A stretch of DNA of 64,000 nt from Flavobacteriaceae bacterium (GTDB taxonomy: Bacteria; Bacteroidota; Bacteroidia; Flavobacteriales; Flavobacteriaceae). Numbering within the stretch: the first letter of the stretch is position 1; each line of letters begins with the position of its first letter. A program made the position numbers and the translations under genes. The notes below the pieces were generated by a model. It was not told the DNA's origin. It did no database searches and saw only the letters and a list, made by a program, of their open reading frames with translations. Below are positions 59,479 to 64,000 of the stretch, in pieces. The DNA lies in the NCBI GenBank assembly GCA_024763245.1, contig JANTFW010000004.1, positions 130 to 64,129 of the forward strand, written 5' to 3'.

Positions 59479-59587
59479 TAGTTTTACCTAAAACCCATAT
59501 TCGATGCAAGTATTCATCAACCTCAAGTTATAAGATAATTAAAGTCATACCAAAATATAAGGACAAAAACTTCAAGCAAATAGACTG

Positions 59588-60550
59588 TTAAAAGAGTATG
59601 TTATATCGGGTTTCCAAATGTTCTTTTTGCTCCTTTATTTTAGCCATAAAAGATTGATAGTGCTCCGAATCCGGATTAAAAGGTCTGTGTTGTAAGGCTT
59701 TTTGAACCGAGTCCACTTGTTTCATAAGAGGATAAGCCTCTTTTGAAATTAGCAATTCTTTAAAAAACTCCCAAATATAGGTGGTGGCAAGCGTATTGGG
59801 GTGGAGCATATCCTCTGTATAAAATCGATAGTCTCTTAAATCATCCATAAGCAATTCGTAGGAAGGAAAATAAGCAATGGAATCGGCATTTGTAACTTGA
59901 TGAATAGCTGTTAACAAATGTGCCTTGCTACGGCTATTAGCTAACATACCGTCTTTAAGATGTCTTACCGGACTTAAAGTTAGGATAACTTGAATTTCCG
60001 GATTAATTAGTGTAATAATTTGAATAGACTTTCTCAAGCTCTCTACAATTTCCTCAACCGATAACAAGCGTTTTTCGAATTTATTTTGTGGTATTTTATG
60101 GCAATTAGCAACCTCTGTAGCCGCATCAAGGTGATAATACACCCAAGCACTCCCCAATGTAATGATTAGATGTGTCGTTTTTTTTAGGTTTTCGTGTGTC
60201 TTTTTAATCGTCGAATTAATCCTATCTAATACCTTTTGACTATCAGGATTTGAAAAATCAGAATGATGATGTAAACTGTGCCACATATCCTGATTATGCA
60301 CGAGATCTTGTTGGGTATAGGTTTTTATGTCGTGAATATCTAAAAAAGCTTTTTCGATAGCTAAAGGGTTAAACAGAATTCCATATGGATTTATCCAATT
60401 TTGAAATTTATAATATGCCAATTTTGCCCCTATATTTTCCACAAAACAAGAACCTACCAAGCCAATTTTTGATTGATAGTCTATCTTTTTGTAGGGAATA
60501 TCAACTTCTGATTGTTGTAAAACCGTTCTAAAATGTTTGCTAAATTCCAT
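59588..60550 (-). CDS. GSCFA domain-containing protein
   Basis: The eponymous LVGSCFVENIG motif near the N-terminus; 320 aa. Confidence 0.7.
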   Translation of the reverse strand: MEFSKHFRTVLQQSEVDIPYKKIDYQSKIGLVGSCFVENIGAKLAYYKFQNWINPYGILFNPLAIEKAFLDIHDIKTYTQQDLVHNQDMWHSLHHHSDFSNPDSQKVLDRINSTIKKTHENLKKTTHLIITLGSAWVYYHLDAATEVANCHKIPQNKFEKRLLSVEEIVESLRKSIQIITLINPEIQVILTLSPVRHLKDGMLANSRSKAHLLTAIHQVTNADSIAYFPSYELLMDDLRDYRFYTEDMLHPNTLATTYIWEFFKELLISKEAYPLMKQVDSVQKALQHRPFNPDSEHYQSFMAKIKEQKEHLETRYNILF

Positions 60551-60681
60551 ACTTCAAAGCTAACGAAATTGTATAAAACGGAAGGAATAAAGTAGTCGTA
60601 ACACCCAAACTTAATAATTCATAAATCAATATTCGTAATTCTTCGTTCAATTTCCTATCTTGCGCCACTATAAAAGTATCC

Positions 60682-62478
60682 ATGAAAAACATTCGTAATT
60701 TTTGTATCATCGCTCATATTGACCACGGTAAAAGCACCTTGGCCGACCGTTTGTTGGATTATACCAATACCGTTTCAGAACGACAAAAACAAGAACAGTT
60801 ACTTGATACCATGGATTTAGAACGGGAACGTGGCATCACTATAAAGAGCCACGCCATACAGATGGATTATCATTACAATGGTGATTCCTATGTGTTAAAT
60901 TTAATTGACACCCCCGGTCATGTCGATTTTTCTTACGAAGTATCCCGCTCTATTGCTGCCTGCGAAGGGGCTTTATTAATTGTTGATGCAGCTCAAAGCA
61001 TACAAGCGCAAACTATTTCTAATTTATATTTGGCTTTAGAAAACGATTTAGAGATTATACCGGTATTGAATAAAGTAGACTTACCTAGTGCTAATCCTGA
61101 AGAAGTAACCGATGATATTGTCAATTTACTAGGATGCGACCCGTCGGAAGTAATTCATGCCAGTGGTAAAACCGGTTTTGGTGTAGATAAAATACTCCAA
61201 GCCATTATTGAACAAGTTCCGGCACCTCAAGGAGATCCTAAGGCCCCTTTACAAGCCTTGATTTTTGACTCGGTTTACAATCCGTATCGTGGTGTTGAGA
61301 CTTATTTTAGAGTAATGAACGGAGTTATCCGAGAAAAGCAAAAGGTAAAATTTATGGCAACAGATAAAGAATATGTTGCCGATGAAGTAGGTACCTTAAA
61401 ACTGACACAATATCCCAAAAAATTTATTGGAACCGGTGATGTAGGTTATTTGGTAACCGGTATAAAAGAAGCACAAGAAGTAAAAGTAGGAGATACGATA
61501 ACCGGAGCAGATCATCCTACTAAAGAACAAATAGACGGATTTGAAGATGTAAAACCTATGGTTTTTGCCGGTATTTATCCGGTGGATACCGATGAATACG
61601 AAGAGCTAAGAGGGTCTATGGAAAAACTAAAACTTAACGACGCTTCCTTAGTCTATACTCCGGAAAGTTCTGCAGCATTAGGTTTTGGATTTCGATGTGG
61701 TTTTTTAGGTATGCTACACCTAGAGATTATCCAAGAACGTCTGGAACGTGAATTTAACATGACCGTTATTACCACAGTACCTAACGTTTCCTATCATGCT
61801 TTTACCAAAAAACACCCAGATACCGTTATACTGGTTAATAACCCATCGGATTTACCTGATCCATCCGGTTTAGACCGAGTGGAAGAACCTTATATAAAAG
61901 CATCCATTATTACCAAAGCCGACTTTGTAGGCCCGGTAATGTCTTTGTGTATTGAAAAACGTGGGATTATTACCAATCAAACCTATTTGACAACAGACCG
62001 GGTTGAATTGAGTTTTGATATGCCCTTAGCTGAGATTGTTTTTGATTTTTACGACCGATTAAAGACCGTATCTAAAGGCTATGCCTCTTTTGATTACCAC
62101 CCAATCGGATTAAGAGAATCCAAATTGGTTCGTTTAGATATTTTGTTAAACGGACAACCTGTCGATGCTTTGTCAGCGCTAATTCATGCGGATAATGCCT
62201 ATACAATTGGCAAAAAGATGGTTGTCAAGTTACGAAAACTGATTCCAAGACAACAATTTGATATCCCGATTCAAGCTGCTATTGGTGCCAAAATTATTTC
62301 GCGAGAAACCATCAAAGCGCTACGAAAAGATGTTACCGCCAAATGCTATGGTGGTGATATTACCCGAAAACGTAAACTTCTAGAAAAACAAAAGAAAGGT
62401 AAAAAACGAATGCGCCAAGTGGGTAATGTGGAAATACCCCAATCTGCTTTTATGGCTGTACTAAAATTAGATGATTAA
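60682..62478 (+). CDS. lepA: translation elongation factor 4
   Basis: [31 protein letters not shown]; C-terminal LepA-specific region; 598 aa. Confidence 0.95.
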   Translation: MKNIRNFCIIAHIDHGKSTLADRLLDYTNTVSERQKQEQLLDTMDLERERGITIKSHAIQMDYHYNGDSYVLNLIDTPGHVDFSYEVSRSIAACEGALLIVDAAQSIQAQTISNLYLALENDLEIIPVLNKVDLPSANPEEVTDDIVNLLGCDPSEVIHASGKTGFGVDKILQAIIEQVPAPQGDPKAPLQALIFDSVYNPYRGVETYFRVMNGVIREKQKVKFMATDKEYVADEVGTLKLTQYPKKFIGTGDVGYLVTGIKEAQEVKVGDTITGADHPTKEQIDGFEDVKPMVFAGIYPVDTDEYEELRGSMEKLKLNDASLVYTPESSAALGFGFRCGFLGMLHLEIIQERLEREFNMTVITTVPNVSYHAFTKKHPDTVILVNNPSDLPDPSGLDRVEEPYIKASIITKADFVGPVMSLCIEKRGIITNQTYLTTDRVELSFDMPLAEIVFDFYDRLKTVSKGYASFDYHPIGLRESKLVRLDILLNGQPVDALSALIHADNAYTIGKKMVVKLRKLIPRQQFDIPIQAAIGAKIISRETIKALRKDVTAKCYGGDITRKRKLLEKQKKGKKRMRQVGNVEIPQSAFMAVLKLDD

Positions 62479-62496
62479 GCTTAAGTTACAACCACA

Positions 62497-62523
62497 AAAA
62501 AAGGCTGTCTAAAAAGACAGCCC
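62497..62523 (-). terminator. intrinsic terminator of the cold-shock gene (possibly bidirectional for lepA)
   Basis: GGCTGTCT-AAAA-AGACAGCC. A T7 run follows on the minus strand. The hairpin is nested inside a 9-bp outer inverted repeat (62485-62493 / 62535-62543). Confidence 0.75.
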
Positions 62524-62549
62524 TGATAATAAAGTTGTAACTATAAATA

Positions 62550-62741
62550 TTAAATCACTTTGACATTTACTGCATTTAAACCTTTTTTACCTTCTTTAAG
62601 TTCAAATTCTACTTCGTCACCCTCTCTGATTTCATCAATTAAACCTGAGACGTGTACAAAATACTCTTGTTTTGAACCTTCTTCGATAATAAATCCAAAT
62701 CCTTTTGATTCGTTGAAGAATTTTACGGTACCTTTTTTCAT
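62550..62741 (-). CDS. cold-shock domain protein (CspA family)
   Basis: GTVKFFNESKGFGFI (RNP1) and FVHVSG (RNP2); 63 aa. Confidence 0.95.
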   Translation of the reverse strand: MKKGTVKFFNESKGFGFIIEEGSKQEYFVHVSGLIDEIREGDEVEFELKEGKKGLNAVNVKVI

Positions 62742-62769
62742 TTTATAAAAATAATTGTTATTAAAGCGG

Positions 62770-62777
62770 CAAAGATA
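62770..62777 (-). promoter_or_regulatory. putative -7 promoter box (TATCTTTG on minus strand) for the csp gene
   Basis: CAAAGATA on the plus strand, 28 nt upstream of the ATG at 62741. Confidence 0.45.
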
Positions 62778-62934
62778 GTGATATAAAAGGGTATTAAATA
62801 ATTTTTAAACACTTATTTTTAAATAATTAACTATTTTACAATCAAATAGCTAGACCCGCACAATAAAAAACAGGGAGAAAGATGGAAAACTTTGGCCTAT
62901 GATTGGATCTTATCTAAATAAAAAAACAAGATTG

Positions 62935-63699
62935 TTAATGCTCATTTCTATACGTATGCGAAGTATTAGCTTGCGCCGTAGGCATAATCACAATATCGTT
63001 CAGCGTTACATGAGATGGTCTTTGAAGCGCAAACAAAATAACTTCTGCAATATCTTTAGCCAGTAAGGGTTTCATATTCCTATAGACATCATCAGCCTTA
63101 TGTTTGTCTCCTTTATAACGAACTAGTGAAAATTCTGTATCTATCATTCCGGGCGCTATGTTAGTTACTTTTATATTATGGGGTAACAAATCAATCCGCA
63201 TTGCTTTAGACAAGGCATCTACAGCATGTTTAGTAGCACAATACACATTGCCGTTAAGATACACTTCTTTACCGGCAATGGAACCTAAATTTACAATATG
63301 CCCCTTTTTTTGAGCAATTAACCACGGAATTACGATCTTAGAAACGTACAACAACCCCTTGATGTTGGTGTCAATCATTCTATCCCAATCTTCGATTTCT
63401 CCTTTGTCAATTGTTTTGGCACCAACGGCCAAGCCGGCATTGTTAATCAAGACATCAATAGCTTGCCATGCTTTAGGCAAACTTTCTAATTGGCGCTTGG
63501 TGTCAGATGCATTACGCACATCAAAATGTAAGGTCTGGACTTCGGTTTTATAGGTGTCTTTAATTCTTTTAGAGAGGGCTTGTAGCCTATCCAAACGTCT
63601 GCCTGTAATAATTACGTTATAAGCTTGAGAGGCTAACAATAATGCCGTTGCCTCACCGATACCAGACGTAGCTCCGGTTATTAAAGCTATGGGTTTCAT
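62935..63699 (-). CDS. short-chain dehydrogenase/reductase (YdfG-like NADP-dependent)
   Basis: ITGATSGIGEA, NNAG, YCATKHAV (YxxxK); 254 aa. Confidence 0.85.
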   Translation of the reverse strand: MKPIALITGATSGIGEATALLLASQAYNVIITGRRLDRLQALSKRIKDTYKTEVQTLHFDVRNASDTKRQLESLPKAWQAIDVLINNAGLAVGAKTIDKGEIEDWDRMIDTNIKGLLYVSKIVIPWLIAQKKGHIVNLGSIAGKEVYLNGNVYCATKHAVDALSKAMRIDLLPHNIKVTNIAPGMIDTEFSLVRYKGDKHKADDVYRNMKPLLAKDIAEVILFALQRPSHVTLNDIVIMPTAQANTSHTYRNEH

Positions 63700-63712
63700 C
63701 GTAAAAATATTT

Positions 63713-64000
63713 TTAATTTAAATTTCGTTTTTCTATAAAGAACTTACTCAACAGATACGCACATTCTTGTTCTAAAACACCACCCTCTACTTTAGTTTTT
63801 GGATGTAAGGTAGTTTTATAAAATTGGTAGCCTCGTTTTGGGTCTGCTGCTCCGAATACTATTTTTCCTATTTGTGTCCAATACGATGCACCGGCACACA
63901 TTTGACAAGGTTCTAGAGTAACATAAAGGGTACAATCTTTTAAATATTTACCTCCTAAAAAATCAGAAGCAGCGGTAAATGCCTGCATTTCGGCATGAGC
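63713..64000 (-). CDS. tadA: tRNA adenosine(34) deaminase (5' end outside window)
   Basis: The frame is open to the window edge, where it reads AHAEMQA (the HAE zinc motif). LEPCQMCAGA (PCxxC) is also present. Confidence 0.85.
   Translation of the reverse strand, partial: AHAEMQAFTAASDFLGGKYLKDCTLYVTLEPCQMCAGASYWTQIGKIVFGAADPKRGYQFYKTTLHPKTKVEGGVLEQECAYLLSKFFIEKRNLN

Noticed and set aside
62742-62934. Long structured 5' UTR (cold-box type) for the cold-shock gene.
   Set aside because: A good -7 box at 62770-62777 implies a leader of only about 20 nt. The rest of the spacer is probably the SDR gene's 3' region.
1-64000. CRISPR arrays, tandem repeats, IS elements, prophage genes, toxin-antitoxin pairs or known defence-system genes.
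   Set aside because: None recognised on either strand by eye. Gene content is housekeeping and densely packed. A computational repeat search would be needed to exclude short dispersed repeats.

Overview
AT-rich chromosomal segment that looks like Bacteroidota, probably class Flavobacteriia. The signs are TAnnTTTG -7 promoter boxes close to start codons, no obvious Shine-Dalgarno use, and GSCFA, DUF4197 and DUF5522-type genes. I support about 60 protein genes, one tRNA-Ser(GGA), several intrinsic terminators and a set of putative promoters. I saw no rRNA, CRISPR array, transposase, integrase, phage genes or long repeats. Most of the window is ordinary housekeeping: recJ, kbl, folA, galE, pyrF, tpiA, prmA, surE, lpxB, comEC, tilS, ahcY, mfd, lepA, csp and tadA. 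I found no clear defence island or mobile island. The most interesting locus is 42.3-56.0 kb. It holds an 11-gene NDH-1 operon (nuoABCDHIJKLMN) with no nuoEFG, and only 56 nt where those genes would sit. It is directly preceded by korAB (2-oxoacid:ferredoxin oxidoreductase). It faces a divergently transcribed Alvin-type dicluster ferredoxin across a 453-nt AT-rich control region that contains an FNR/CRP-like palindrome. It is followed by an uncharacterised, apparently co-transcribed 107-aa gene. Secondary observations: a lipoprotein with a single CxxCH motif next to dsbD; an OmpA C-terminal gene remnant in a long spacer beside an orphan sigma-like protein; a Cys-rich 55-aa ORF missed by the ORF track; a tight FNR-like/LysE/aminotransferase/omega-amidase operon; and a same-strand cluster containing a bacterial GGGPS homologue with pnuC and a kinase-only nadR. 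All functional calls come from motifs read by eye. No database search was run.
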